Assembly (NCBI GenBank): GCA_032718475.1
Contig: JAUCBJ010004780.1
Location: 13,177 to 77,176 of the forward strand
Origin: Nemertoderma westbladi
Taxonomy: Eukaryota > Animalia > Xenacoelomorpha
Direction of reading: 5' to 3'
Length of the DNA stretch: 64,000 nt
Both the position numbers and the translations under genes were made by a program. Shown piece after piece: positions 47,825 through 60,253 of this stretch. The first letter of the stretch is position 1, and each line of letters opens with the position of its first letter. Below the pieces are notes generated by a model. That model had not been told where the DNA came from. It saw only the letters and a list, made by a program, of their open reading frames with translations, and made no database searches.

Positions 47825-49315
47825 CTACTACTACGATCGGCATGCTGCATTGCAGCTGCATTATATATATATTTATATTACATATATGTATATAACTCAA
47901 GAAAGCCATGGGCTATCCACTATGCTTATTCACTCCATGAGGCCGCCAAAGCACAAGATTATGCACTGACTGGTCCTCATGGCGATAGCAATGTCCTGCA
48001 AAGCAGAGGGGGCTTTGTTCAAGTGTCAAGCTAGGGAAGAATGATGGAACACCTCCAATGGCAATGTTGTATAGAGTCTGATTGGAGATGTGTTCATTGT
48101 ACTTGACACAATGAACCCGGCGTAGCATTCTTGTGAAAGTGCCATTCAGAGATTTGGTATCCTCTGCAGTTAGAGACCAGCATGGATTCCCATATAAGAG
48201 TCTGGTACTACTACTGCCATAAATACTTGAACCTTAAGGTTCCTTTTTATTCTATGGGACTTCCAACGCTACCCATGCCTTCCCCTTACGTATCCGAGGT
48301 CGGACCTGACTTTCTGATCCTTGATCCCAAGTAGCAGAAGTCATCTACGTGCTCAAGCAAGCCGTTCTTAGAGCTTATGCCCGTACGATCAGACATTTCT
48401 TGAGGACTGTCTGTCTAGGTTAACTGTCATGATTGTGGTCTTTTTGGAATTTTCAAAAAGACCATCACTAGAAGCAATCTGGTCCAATGATCAGAGGAGC
48501 CGTTGGGCTCCCTCTAGTGATTCTGAGAGTACAGTACTCCTAAGTCATCAGCAAAGTCTAGATCAGTTAGGTACTTGGCAGGATTTCCTTGACTTCTGGA
48601 GCCAGTAGGGGGTGTTACCATCACCCCGGAATTTACAAAAAGACCATCACTAGAAGCAACCTGCTCCAATGATCAGAGGAGCCGTTGGGCTCCCTCTAGT
48701 GATTCTGAGTACTCCTAAGTCATCAGCAAAGTCTAGATCAGTTAGATACTTGGCAGGATTTCCTCGACTTCTGGAGCCAGTAGGGGGTGTTACCATCACC
48801 CCATCTTCATTAAGATGGTCTAAGGACATGCGTAGAACATAATCAACCACAATTACGAATAAGAATGGTGCAAGTATGTCACCCTGAAGGACTCCCCATA
48901 AGACTTCGAATGGATCTGTGTCACCATCAGCAGTAGCCACAAATGTGGTGGGACCATCGTACAGTGATCTGATAGCTGCAATAACTTCTTCAGGAATCCC
49001 ATATGCTGCCAGTATGCTGAACATACGTGGTCGGGAGACTGATTCGAAGGCTTTAAAGAAGTCAACAAAGATAATAGTATTGATAACTCTTATAATATTG
49101 ATAACTTTTCGATTATCCTTCCAAGTGCCAGAATAAGCTCCATGGTCCCACGACCTTTACGGAACCCATTTTGGTTCCCACGTAACAGTCTCTCAACAGG
49201 ATCCCTGATCCGATTTAATAGAATGTTGTATAGCTTTGCAGCAATCGCGATTAAAGAGATTCCACGAAAAGATCCGCCTTTTTTTAGGTTGCCCTTGTTT
49301 GGGGCTGGGACCAAC
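47825..49315 (-). mobile_element. Degenerate RTE-type LINE: RT domain and 3' end
   Basis: FRGISLIAIAAKLYN, NQNGFRKGRGT, FVDF.KAF.SV, GVLQGDILAPFLF, LDFADDL; frameshifted; internal duplication near 48455-48810; (TAG)n tail at about 47825. Confidence 0.9.
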
Positions 49316-49324
49316 GTATTTGTT

Positions 49325-50097
49325 TTCAGTTCTCAGTACTCTCAGAATCACTGGAGCCCTATGGCTCCTTTGCTCATTGGAGCAGCCTGCTTCTGGTGTA
49401 GGTCTTTTTATAAATTCCAATATGAAACTGTTGACAGTGAAACTTGATAGCACTCAAAGAGATGTCTGATCGTAAAGGCATAAGCTCCAGGGATGTCTTG
49501 CTTGTGTATGTGGATGACTTCTGCTACTTGGGATCATGGATCAGAATGTCAGATACGTAAGAACAGAATAGTCTGTCCAGGATTTGGAAGTCCCATAGAA
49601 TAAAACGGAACCTTAAGGTTCGATTATTTATGGCAGTAGTAGTACCAGTACTCTTATATGGGAGTCCATGCTGGGCTCTAACTGCAGAGGATGCACTTTC
49701 ACAAGAATGCTGCGCCGGGTTCATTGTATCAAGTACAATGAACAGATCTCCAATCAGACGCTATAAAACATTGGAGGTGTTCCATTAATCTCCCCTAGCT
49801 TGACACTTGAACGGAACCGGCTCTGCTTTGCAGCACATTGCTTTCGCCGCGAGGACCAGCCATTGCATAATCTTGTGGCCTCGTGTAGTGAATAAGCATG
49901 GTGGACAGCCCATGACTTTCTTGAGACTTAAAGGACACTGGACATGAATATGTGGATGATCTAGCAAATGTCATGGGTGATAGGGAGTTGTGGCGGCGAC
50001 ATTTTGTCGACAAACCGGCACAGCATTCTTAATATAATGTAATATACATAATGCAATGCAGCTGAAATGCAGCATGCCGATAGTAGTAGTAGTAGTA
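49325..50097 (+). mobile_element. Second RTE-type LINE 3' fragment, inverted relative to 47825-48650
   Basis: Reverse-complement similarity to 47825-48540 (e.g. cccctagcttgacacttgaac, gcagcatgccgat), ending in a (TAG)n tail. Confidence 0.8.
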
Positions 50098-50412
50098 CTA
50101 TAAAGCAGAGCGGAATATACCCGTTGTAGTTTTCGTTGGGCATTGCATGGAAAGTCGGCATTAACGTCCAATTGAAACAATTTGTTGAAAAAACCACACC
50201 TTCACCTATCATAATACCAATAATAATTAATTATTATATATATATTTATGCAAAACGACTGGCATGGAACTCTACTATTTGACTAAAGGTCAAGTCACAT
50301 ATCAGTTTGTATTAGTCCATTTCTACAGGACTGTGTAATTACTGTAATACATCTTATATTGATTAGATAAACCTAGCGATAGGGTGTTTATCTATTATTA
50401 ACTAATATTTAG

Positions 50413-53052
50413 GGTTATATTGAAAAATATCGAGACATGAAAAATATCGAGAGTAAAATAACGCGAGTAAAAACATCGAGTGTTGAAAAATAACGATAAT
50501 ATCGAGAGTTCAAAAAATATCGAGAGTAAAAATATCGAGGGTAAAAATATCGAGAGTAAAAATACCGAGTGTTGAAAAATATCGAGAGTAAAAATATCGA
50601 GAGTAAAAATATCGAGTGTAGAAAAATATCGTGAGTAAAAATATCGAGTGTTGAAAAATATCGAGAGTAAAAATATCGAGTGTTGAAAAATATCGAGTGT
50701 TGAAAAATATCGAGTGTTGAAAAATATCGAGTGTTGAAAAATATCGAGTGTTGAAAAATATCGAGTGTTGAAAAATATCGAGAGTAAAAATATCGAGTGT
50801 TGAAAAATATCGAGAGTAAAAATATCGAGTGTTGAAAAATATCGAGTGTTGAAAAATATCGAGAGTAAAAATATCGAGTGTTGAAAAATATCGAGTGTTG
50901 AAAAATATCGAGTGTTGAAAAATATCGAGAGTAAAAATATCGAGTGTTGAAAAATATCGAGTGTTGAAAAATATCGAGTGTTGAAAAATATCGAGAGTAA
51001 AAATATCGAGTGTTAAAAAATATCAGGTGTTGAAAAATATCGAGTGTTGAAAAATATCGAGAGTAAAAATATCGATAGTAACAATTTTTTTAAATAAGGG
51101 TTTTATGATAATTTTTTTTACTAAAAATGTTCTAGAACAACAATATTTATCAACATTTGGTAGCTTATACAGTACGTGTTCTAATATAATATTTAACAAT
51201 ATTTATAATATTTATCAAAATTTATAGCTAGCAGCCTAGCACGTCTTTTATAATATTTATTAAAAAAATAGCAAAAACTAGCTAGTATAATAAATCTGGT
51301 AAATGGGTACCCAAGGTGTATTACATAATGCCATTCACTTGCACTGTTGTAACCCATGCACTGCAATATTGTTCCATAATTCTAAATAAAATGCTCAAGC
51401 AAAATGCAATATTTTTACTCTGAATATTTTTCAACACTCGATATTTTTACTCTCGATATTTTTACTCTGGATATTTTTCAACACTGGATATTTTTACTCT
51501 CGATATTTTTCAACACTCAACTTTTCAACTTTCAAGTTACTCAAAACTCACCTCTATAATCGTGCATTCAACTAAAAACTGTTTTATTCGAACTCATTTA
51601 TCGTATAACATTATTTTATTTAATCATTTTACAGTACAGTACTCCTGGCCCAAAAATAACTACGGGTCTTTTAAACGACATGTATTTTACTTTTTACTTA
51701 AGGAGAGTGCTCAGCGCTTAGAATAATTACTTGTTTTTTAAATAAGCGCTTTATAAATATTGAATTATTATTATTATTATTATTAACACTCGATATTTTT
51801 CAACACTCGATATATTTACTCTCGATATTTTTACTCTCGATATTTTTCAACACTCGATATTTTTACTCTCGATATTTTTACTCTCGATATTTTTACTCTC
51901 GATATTTTTCAACACTCGATATTTTTCAACACTCGATATTTTTACTCTCGATATTTTTACTCTCGATATTTTTCAACACTCGATATTTTTACTCTCGATA
52001 TTTTTACTCTCGATATTTTTACTCTCGATATTTTTACTCTCGATATTTTTACTCTCGATATTTTTACTCTCGATATTTTTACTCTGAATATTTTTCAACA
52101 CTCGATATTTTTACTCTCGATATTTTTCTCTGGATATTTTTCAACACTGGATATTTTTACTCGCGATATTTTTCAACACTCAACTTTTCAACTTTCAAGT
52201 TACTCAAAACTCACCTCTATAATCGTGCATTCAACTAAAAACTGTTTTATTCGAACTCATGTATCGTATAACATTATTTTATTTAATCATTTTACAGTAC
52301 AGTACTCCTGGCCCAAAAATAACTACGGGTCTTTTAAACGACATGTATTTTACTTTTTACTTAAGGAGAGTGCTCAGCGCTTAGAATAATTACTTGTTTT
52401 TTAAATAAGCGCTTTATAAATATTGAATTATATTATTATTATTATTAACACTCAATATTTTTCAACACTCGATATTTTTACTCTCGATATTTTTACTCTC
52501 GATATTTTTCAACACTCGATATTTTTACTCTCGATATTTTTACTCTCGATATTTTTACTCTCGATATTTTTACTCTCGATATTTTTAATCTCGATATTTT
52601 TCAACACTCGATATTTTTACTCTCGATATTTTTACTCTCGATATTTTTCAACACTCGATATTTTTACTCTCGATATTTTTCAACACTCGAAATTTTTACT
52701 CTCGATATTTTTACTCTCGATATTTTTCAACACTCGATATTTTTCAACACTCGATATTTTTACTCTCGATATTTTTCAACACTCGATATTTTTACTCTCG
52801 ATATTTTTCAACACTCGATATTTTTACTCTCGATATTTTTCAACACTCGATATTTTTACTCTCGATATTTTTCAACACTCGATATTTTTCAACACTCGTT
52901 ATTTTCGATATTTTTCATCTCGCGTTATTTTTACTCTCGATATTTTTTAATCACGTTAATTTTCAACACTCGTTATTTTTACTCTCGATATTTTTACTCT
53001 CGTTATTTTTACTCTCGATATTTTTCAAGTCTCGATATTTTTCACCATTACC
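50413..53052. mobile_element. Merlin-like foldback element (2640 bp) with TIRs expanded by 15/17-bp repeats
   Basis: GGTTATATTGAAAAATATCGAGACATG vs reverse complement GGTAATGGTGAAAAATATCGAGACTTG; exact 8-bp TSD ATATTTAG; arrays of AAAAATATCGAGAGT and AAAAATATCGAGTGTTG on the left, inverted on the right; internal 671-bp offset duplication. Confidence 0.85.
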
Positions 53053-53857
53053 ATATTTAGATAACGAGGTTATTATTATATTTACACCAAATCGATTCGG
53101 TTGGTTAATTATTATTTACATTCCTCGTATGTATTTCTGTTTAAAAATTGCATTTTAATTGCAGCAATGATAAATTGTGTTCATTAGTCTTATCTATTTA
53201 ATTTCTAAGTGGTTGCTATATAAGGAACAATATAAGAAAGCTAAAGCTTTACATAAACCAATGAACATCATACTGCACTATTGGCAGAGGGTAGGGGGCC
53301 TACTCACTCACACAACACCTGTTACATTCCACTAGACTAATGAAGGTGCATAGCATAATCGTATACGGTTGCTATGCAACAAAGTAATCAACACGTAACG
53401 TTACGTAACATACACAGCTTTGCACTGTATGGCACGAGAGCCAAACACGCATTCCACACGTCCCGTATAATACATGACAAATAAACATATTTTATAATTA
53501 TGTATAGTGTTGCTGTACTTAGTACAATGATTTAGGTATAACACTATTTTTTAAATATAACAATATTTTGGCAAACCATCATAACAGATGAGTGGGGCCT
53601 ATAATGATTTGTTACTTGGTTAGCATGTAAATCACTAATAATTTGGTATAAAGCAATGTTAGTTACGCCTACAATTATTCCGACCCCGCCAAGTTTTGAA
53701 GGGTACCGCTAGTTATTTAATGATAGTTGCAAAGTGAAAGTAATTACTACAGTACAGTAATTGCGTCAAATATCGTTTTAACCGAGCCGTTGTTTGACAA
53801 TTTTATTATAATAGTTTATAATATATTATTTAAGATATTAAAATATATTATGCGACA

Positions 53858-55207
53858 ATGTCTCTACTACTGCATGTTGCTTATATTATTTTATTAACGT
53901 TGTCACTGTACCTGACGCCAATTCAGTGCAGGTTTGAAGGCTCTAACGATGGTGAACTCGTCATGGTGAACGTTGTGTTCAGACACGGAGACAGATCTCC
54001 AGTTAGCACCTTCCCTAACGACCCCTACTACACGTTTTGGCCTCAGGGTCTGGGACAGCTCACTCAACTCGGGATGCAGCAACAATACGATCTTGGGCAG
54101 TTCCTGCGAGAGCGATACAACGGGTTCCTTGAAGAGTCCTACTCGCGACACGATACTCGGGTTATCAGCACCGACGTCGATCGCACGAGAATGTCCGCAG
54201 AGGCCAACCTCGCCGGCTTGTACCGCCCGCGGGGCCACCAGGTGTGGAACCCATCCATACCATGGCAACCCATACCGGTACACAAAGCCCCCACACCTGA
54301 TTACATTCTAGAATCATACGAGATTTGCCCAAGAAGAATAACCTTAGAAGCAGAGTTTAGAGAAACGGATGAGTATGAAAGGCAATTTGAAGAGAATGTG
54401 GATGTCCTGGAGGTAATTCGCGATAACATAGGGGAGTTTAACTGCACCGATGAGGAGACTGGTAGACCACAGAGTATATTCGAGTGTTACTGGTTCATAG
54501 CGGATTGCGTGGTCTGCTGGAGGGCGCACAACCTAACTCTACCCGAGTGGCTGAGCCCAGAAGCTGCGTCGCGGATTGTCCGACTGTACGACTGGTTGTG
54601 GGCCGCCCAGTTGCACTCCGACCAGTCTCGCCGACTGCTAGGCGGTCCGCTACTCGGCCGGTTGGTCACCGACACACAGTCCCGAGTTCGCGAACCCACC
54701 TCCGGCCCCAAACTCCGTCTGTATTCGGGACACGACACCACCGTGTCGCCGTTGTTGGCGGCACTTCGGGTGTTCAACGATCTCCAACCTCCGTACGCAA
54801 CCGCCCTCATTATGGAGTTATGGCGGAGGAACGGAACTGCCATGAACAAAAACACCAACGACTACTCGATTAAGTTGTTCTTACGGAATGAGTCTTATTC
54901 CAACGAAGTTCACCCACTAACTGTCCTGGGTTGCTCAGCAACCTGCTCTCTCCCCCGTTTTATCAACTTAACGCGGCCTTATATTCCTACAGATATAGCG
55001 ACCGAATGCGCAATTCCGCCGCCAGGTGTTTCTTACGTCTTCTACTTACTATCCGTTGCCTTGGTGGCCTGTGTAGCTGTGGTTTTAGGCGCCCTAATTA
55101 TTTGGGTGTTTTTGAAGCCGCGTGTGAAGAATCGCAGAGAATACGAAAGATTACTCGGTGATACCCAGTCTAGTGGGGGGTCTGGAGACACTACTAAACT
55201 GGTGTGA
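53858..55207 (+). CDS. Lysosomal-type histidine acid phosphatase (ACP2-like), single coding exon, 449 aa
   Basis: Signal peptide, catalytic RHGDRSP, WPQGLGQLT..G..Q...LG.FLR.RY, STDVDRTRMSA, WQPIPVH, YSGHDTT, C-terminal TM helix and YERL (YxxPhi) tail. Confidence 0.94.
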   Translation: MSLLLHVAYIILLTLSLYLTPIQCRFEGSNDGELVMVNVVFRHGDRSPVSTFPNDPYYTFWPQGLGQLTQLGMQQQYDLGQFLRERYNGFLEESYSRHDTRVISTDVDRTRMSAEANLAGLYRPRGHQVWNPSIPWQPIPVHKAPTPDYILESYEICPRRITLEAEFRETDEYERQFEENVDVLEVIRDNIGEFNCTDEETGRPQSIFECYWFIADCVVCWRAHNLTLPEWLSPEAASRIVRLYDWLWAAQLHSDQSRRLLGGPLLGRLVTDTQSRVREPTSGPKLRLYSGHDTTVSPLLAALRVFNDLQPPYATALIMELWRRNGTAMNKNTNDYSIKLFLRNESYSNEVHPLTVLGCSATCSLPRFINLTRPYIPTDIATECAIPPPGVSYVFYLLSVALVACVAVVLGALIIWVFLKPRVKNRREYERLLGDTQSSGGSGDTTKLV

Positions 55208-57312
55208 TTGGGGATACCCAGTCTAGTGGGGGGTCTGGAGACACTACTAAACTGGTGTGACTGGGGATACCCAGACTAGTGGGGGGTCTGGAGACACTAC
55301 TAAACTGGTGTGATTGGGATACCAAGTCTAGCGGGGGGTCTGGAAACACTACTAAACTGGTGTGATTGGGGATACCCAGTCTAGTGGGGGGTCTGGAAAC
55401 ACTACTAAACTGGTGTGATTGGGGATACCGGGGGGTCTGGAGACACTACTAAACTGGTGTGACTGGGGATACCCAGACTAGTGGGGGGTCTGGAGACACT
55501 ACTAAACTGGTGTGATTGGGGATACCCAGTCTAGTGGGGGTCTGGAGACACTACTAAACTGGTGTGATTGGGGATACCGGGGGGTCTGGAGACACTACTA
55601 AACGGGTGTGATTGGGGATACCCAGACTAGTGGGGGGTCTGGAGACACTACTAAACTGGTGTGATTGGGGATACCCAGACTAGTGGGGGGTCTGGAGACA
55701 CTACTAAACGGGTGTGATTGGGGATACCCACTCTAGTGGGGGGTCTGGAGACACTACTAAACGGGTGTGATTGGGGATACCCAGTCTAGTGGGGGGTTTG
55801 GAGACACTACTAAACTGGTGTGATTGGGGATACCCAGACTAGTGGGGGGTCTGGAGACACTACTAAACGGGTGTGATTGGGGATACCCACTCTAGTGGGG
55901 GGTCTGGAGACACTACTAAACGGGTGTGATTGGGGATACCCAGTCTAGTGGGGGGTTTGGAGACACTACTAAACTGGTGTGATTGGGGATACCCAGACTA
56001 GTGGGGGGTCTGGAGACACTACTAAACTGGTGTGATTGGGGATACCCAGTCTAGTGGGGGGTCTGGAGACACTACTAAACTGGTGTGATTGGGGATACCC
56101 ACTCTAGTGGGGGGTCTGGAGACACTACTAAACGGGTGTGATTGGGGATACCCAGTCTAGTGGGGGGTTTGGAGACACTACTAAACTGGTGTGATTGGGG
56201 ATACCCAGACTAGTGGGGGGTCTGGAGACACTACTAAACTGGTGTGATTGGGGATACCCAGACTAGTGGGGGGTCTGGAGACACTACTAAACTGGTGTGA
56301 TTGGGGATACCCAGTCTAGTGGGGGGTCTGGAGACACTACTAAACGGGTGTGATTGGGGATACCCAGTCTAGTGGGGGGTTTGGAGACACTACTAAACTG
56401 GTGTGATTGGGGATACCCAGACTAGTGGGGGGTCTGGAGACACTACTAAACGGGTGTGATTGGGGATACCCAGTCTAGTGGGGGGTTTGGAGACACTACT
56501 AAACTGGTGTGATTGGGGATACCCAGACTAGTGGGGGGTCTGGAGACACTACTAAACGGGTGTGATTGGGGATACCCAGACTAGTGGGGGGTCTGGAGAC
56601 ACTACTAAACGGGTGTGATTGGGGATACCCAGACTAGTGGGGGGTCTGGAGACACTACTAAACGGGTGTGATTGGGGATACCCAGACTAGTGGGGGGTCT
56701 GGAGACACTACTAAACTGGTGTGATTGGGGATACCCAGTCTAGTGGGGGTCTGGAGACACTACTAAACGGGTGTGATTGGGGATACCCAGTCTAGTGGGG
56801 GGTCTGGAAACACTACTAAACTGGTGTGATTGGGGATACCCAGTCTAGTGGGGTGTCTGGAGACACTACTAAACTGGTGTGATTGGGGATACCCAGTCTA
56901 GTGGGGGGTCTGGAAACACTACTAAACTGGTGTGATTGGGGATACCCAGTCTAGTGGGGGGTCTGGAGACACTACTAAACTGGTGTGATTGGGGATACCC
57001 AGACTAGTGGGGGGTCTGGAGACACTACTAAACGGGTGTGATTGGGGATACCCAGACTAGTGGGGGGTCTGGAGACACTACTAAACTGGTGTGATTGGGG
57101 ATACCCAGACTAGTGGGGGGTCTGGAGACACTACTAAACTGGTGTGATTGGGGATACCCAGACTAGTGGGGGGTCTGGAGACACTACTAAACTGGTGTGA
57201 TTGGGGATACCCACTCTAGTGGGGGGTCTGGAGACACTACTAAACTGGTGTGATTGGGGATACCCAGACTAGTGGGGGGTCTGGAGACACTACTAAACTG
57301 GTGTGATTGGGG
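55157..57312 (+). repeat. 53-bp minisatellite, about 41 copies; first unit is the end of the acid phosphatase CDS
   Basis: Unit GGGGATACCCAGTCTAGTGGGGGGTCTGGAGACACTACTAAACTGGTGTGATT; ATACCCAG at 55161 and 55214. Confidence 0.98.
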
Positions 57313-59624
57313 TGGGTGCGATTTAATGCTACGGTAGTAGTATGTCGTAATGTATTCAATATCATTCTATTTATATTATATACTCTATAGGTCTACTTAT
57401 ATTATGTATTTATAGTTTCTCAATGTATTATTGAGTGTTACTAGTTTTCATGATTTTTTCTCCAATAAATTTATTTATCAATTTTTTTTCTTACTTTCTT
57501 ATTGTAATAAAAGCAATATTAATAATTAGTTACATTATTAGATGTTTACCTGTTTTGTGTTCAAGGGACTATATAGTTTTTTTAACATCTAGGCCTACAG
57601 TAGATACTTCCCAACGACGAATACTGATAAAGTAATAAATAGACTATCATATGTTTGTCATTTATTTTGCAATAAATTAGTTGATTTAGGTATATTTAGT
57701 AACCAAATTCGTTATTCCAATATATTACATTACCAAATTTACTCATGTTATGACAATATGGTCATTTTAAAACTGTGATACCGGTTATTGTAATTAGCAT
57801 ATCGTATGTTTTTTTATCTCTAACCCACAACCCACCAAATTTGAACTTGTGACTGCCTTTCGTAAAGTTGTTAACATGTGATCATTTTAAATTTGTATCT
57901 GTTTGCTAGTATCATACACAATTCATTAACTTTGTGGTTTATTAATTGTGAGGTGATAAATGCGTCTAATTGGTGGAAAAATAAGTTTTTTTTTGTTTAT
58001 TTCAAGTCCTTATTTATTATTATCTGGTATGTTTTAAATTGAATTGTAGAGGCATACTTGACTTACAATAAATTTATTTGTTTAAGTAATTTGTGTTTTA
58101 AATTTCAATTTTAGTTATTAATATATTGTTTTTTGTTACATTGTTTACGATTTTATATAATAATGATGTTTGTATTCTAGTAAATTATGTGTAAATTTAA
58201 TTATTTATTTATTTGTGTGGAATTAATTTCGCAATACCAAATCGCCAGGGCGATATATTTTCAAACTTTGTATCGCCGCTTTGCGACATTATTTCTCAGT
58301 ATGTCATTACGTCACACATTTATTTTGTATGTCCAAGTCATCGCGTCATTCTAAATATAATTACATGACGTCATTCGAATTCACGAATTCAGATTCGAAC
58401 CAATATCTCTTGCAATCATAACCCAACGTCTTATCCATTAAGTTACTTTGGTACGATATACTGTAAAAGTGTTTAAATGCAACTAGACAACAACATCAAT
58501 CGTGCCGTAACGCTATAAAGTACTATCTTTTGAACAATGAAGTAATTATTTATTTGAGTTATAGTTCATATGCGTACCGATGGTATTTTCGTATTGCAAA
58601 AATAAGACTATAAGTATGAAATACCCTATGTTATTGAGATAATGTTTATTGTTTTGGTTAGAAAATCCCACCACTGTAACCTGCTCCTTTCCGTTAATTA
58701 AGTAATGGAGATTAGTTTATTGTTTTGGTTAGAAAACACCACCACTGTAACACCATCGGTACGCATATGAACGATAACCTTTATTTGGGTGGAATTAATG
58801 TCGCCGTACCAATTCACACAGAGCGAAAAGTAGATTAAATTAATGTTAAAATGATCTGAGTGTTTTAATATACCGAGCGAGAGTAACGGGGGATGTTTAC
58901 CAAAATTATACAACAAAAGTTATAAACGCTGAATAGAGAGCACTTTATTGTTTCATTATGTCACTTCTCATAGTTCGGGTGATATCCTCGTAACGCAGCT
59001 CATCGTTATCTTAGTACAGTAACAATAAACTTCTAGAACACGTCTTGAGTATTATCCATTCATAATAGCCATTGTATGATTGGAAGTGTATGATTATTTA
59101 CCATACAGTTGCTAGAGTAACTGCAATTAATTGCTTAACAAAGAAATTAATTTCAGGACGCTGATGTAATGGTTGCGGGTTGACAACGCACCGTTTGAAC
59201 CACTAACTCTGCGCTGCTACCTTTAGTTAAAAACATAAAGTTCCAAGCTTTTAATGTTGACTTTTTATAGAAAACTTCGCGTGAGTGAAGGGCAACAATT
59301 AAATGAAAAATATTTGTAATGACTCATTTGTTCTTCACTTATATAATTTGGACCTGTGCCGAACCAGCAGAAGTGATGCGGCAACCCAGCGAACTGGCTT
59401 CTTTTTGGTGGTAAAGAAAATGGGTTGGGTAATTATGGAAAGTTCACCCTTGGGAGTTAGTGTGGCGCACCATCCCTGATTTAAGGACAATATTACAAGA
59501 GTAACAGTCAAGATGAGCCTTCAGGATGCCTCTGCTGTTTCGCGTGCACTTTTACCAATAGCTTTTACTTTTTACCTGCTTACCAATAATGCCGTTAAAA
59601 GTACATCCCTTGTTTATGCCACAG

Positions 59625-59883
59625 GTAGTAACTGTACCCCGAACCGCGCAGTCCACCCAGGGTCCTTTGGTTTGCGTTGAAGTCGGAGAGAATCCCAACA
59701 CCTTGGTGGTTGTGTTTCCCGCGTTAACTCACCCGCCAGTCCTGTGCTACAAACTCCAGATCAACGACACGCTATTGGGACACAACATAGTTCCGGAGGG
59801 GGACAGCAGTAGATGTAAGGTGGTCATAGAGGAGTGCGAGTTGGATCGAATCTATAAGGTGCTGGTAAAGGCTGTCCTCAAAG
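59625..59883 (+). CDS. Host gene exon J (end of first FN3 and a second FN3-like domain)
   Basis: ccacag| ... G|gtaagt; VVTVPR...PNTLVVVFP...VLCYKLQIND...KVVIEECELDRIYKVLVKAV; phase 0 to 1. Confidence 0.86.
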
Positions 59884-60253
59884 GTAAGTAAAAGTGGTTT
59901 CATATTACTGTATTATAAGAAGAATATGACCCCTTATCTATATATCTTACGATGATCATCGTACTCAAGTTACGATCGGATAAACCTACGGCCGTCTTAA
60001 AGTTACGATCGTTTTATGCAAACGGGCCATATAGACCTAATTACGTAATATTCAATAATACTGTATAATGAGTTCAATTCTTGAAAAAACCAGTGCAATG
60101 AATGGATTGGATAGGTCATAATTTATAATTACTTTATTTTATTTTAGAATCTTAAAATAATATATTGGTGTTGTTTATTCATGTTTAAGATCCTTTATTT
60201 GTACCATTTTATGAAGTTGTTGTTGGCACTGAATCACAATTTTATTCATGCAG

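Noticed and set aside
52423-52950. 175-aa hydrophobic ORF
   Set aside because: Translation of the 15/17-bp repeats in the foldback element.
55157-57312. CRISPR-like array or read-through polyprotein
   Set aside because: Units are contiguous without spacers; 53 bp is not a multiple of three and each unit carries stops.
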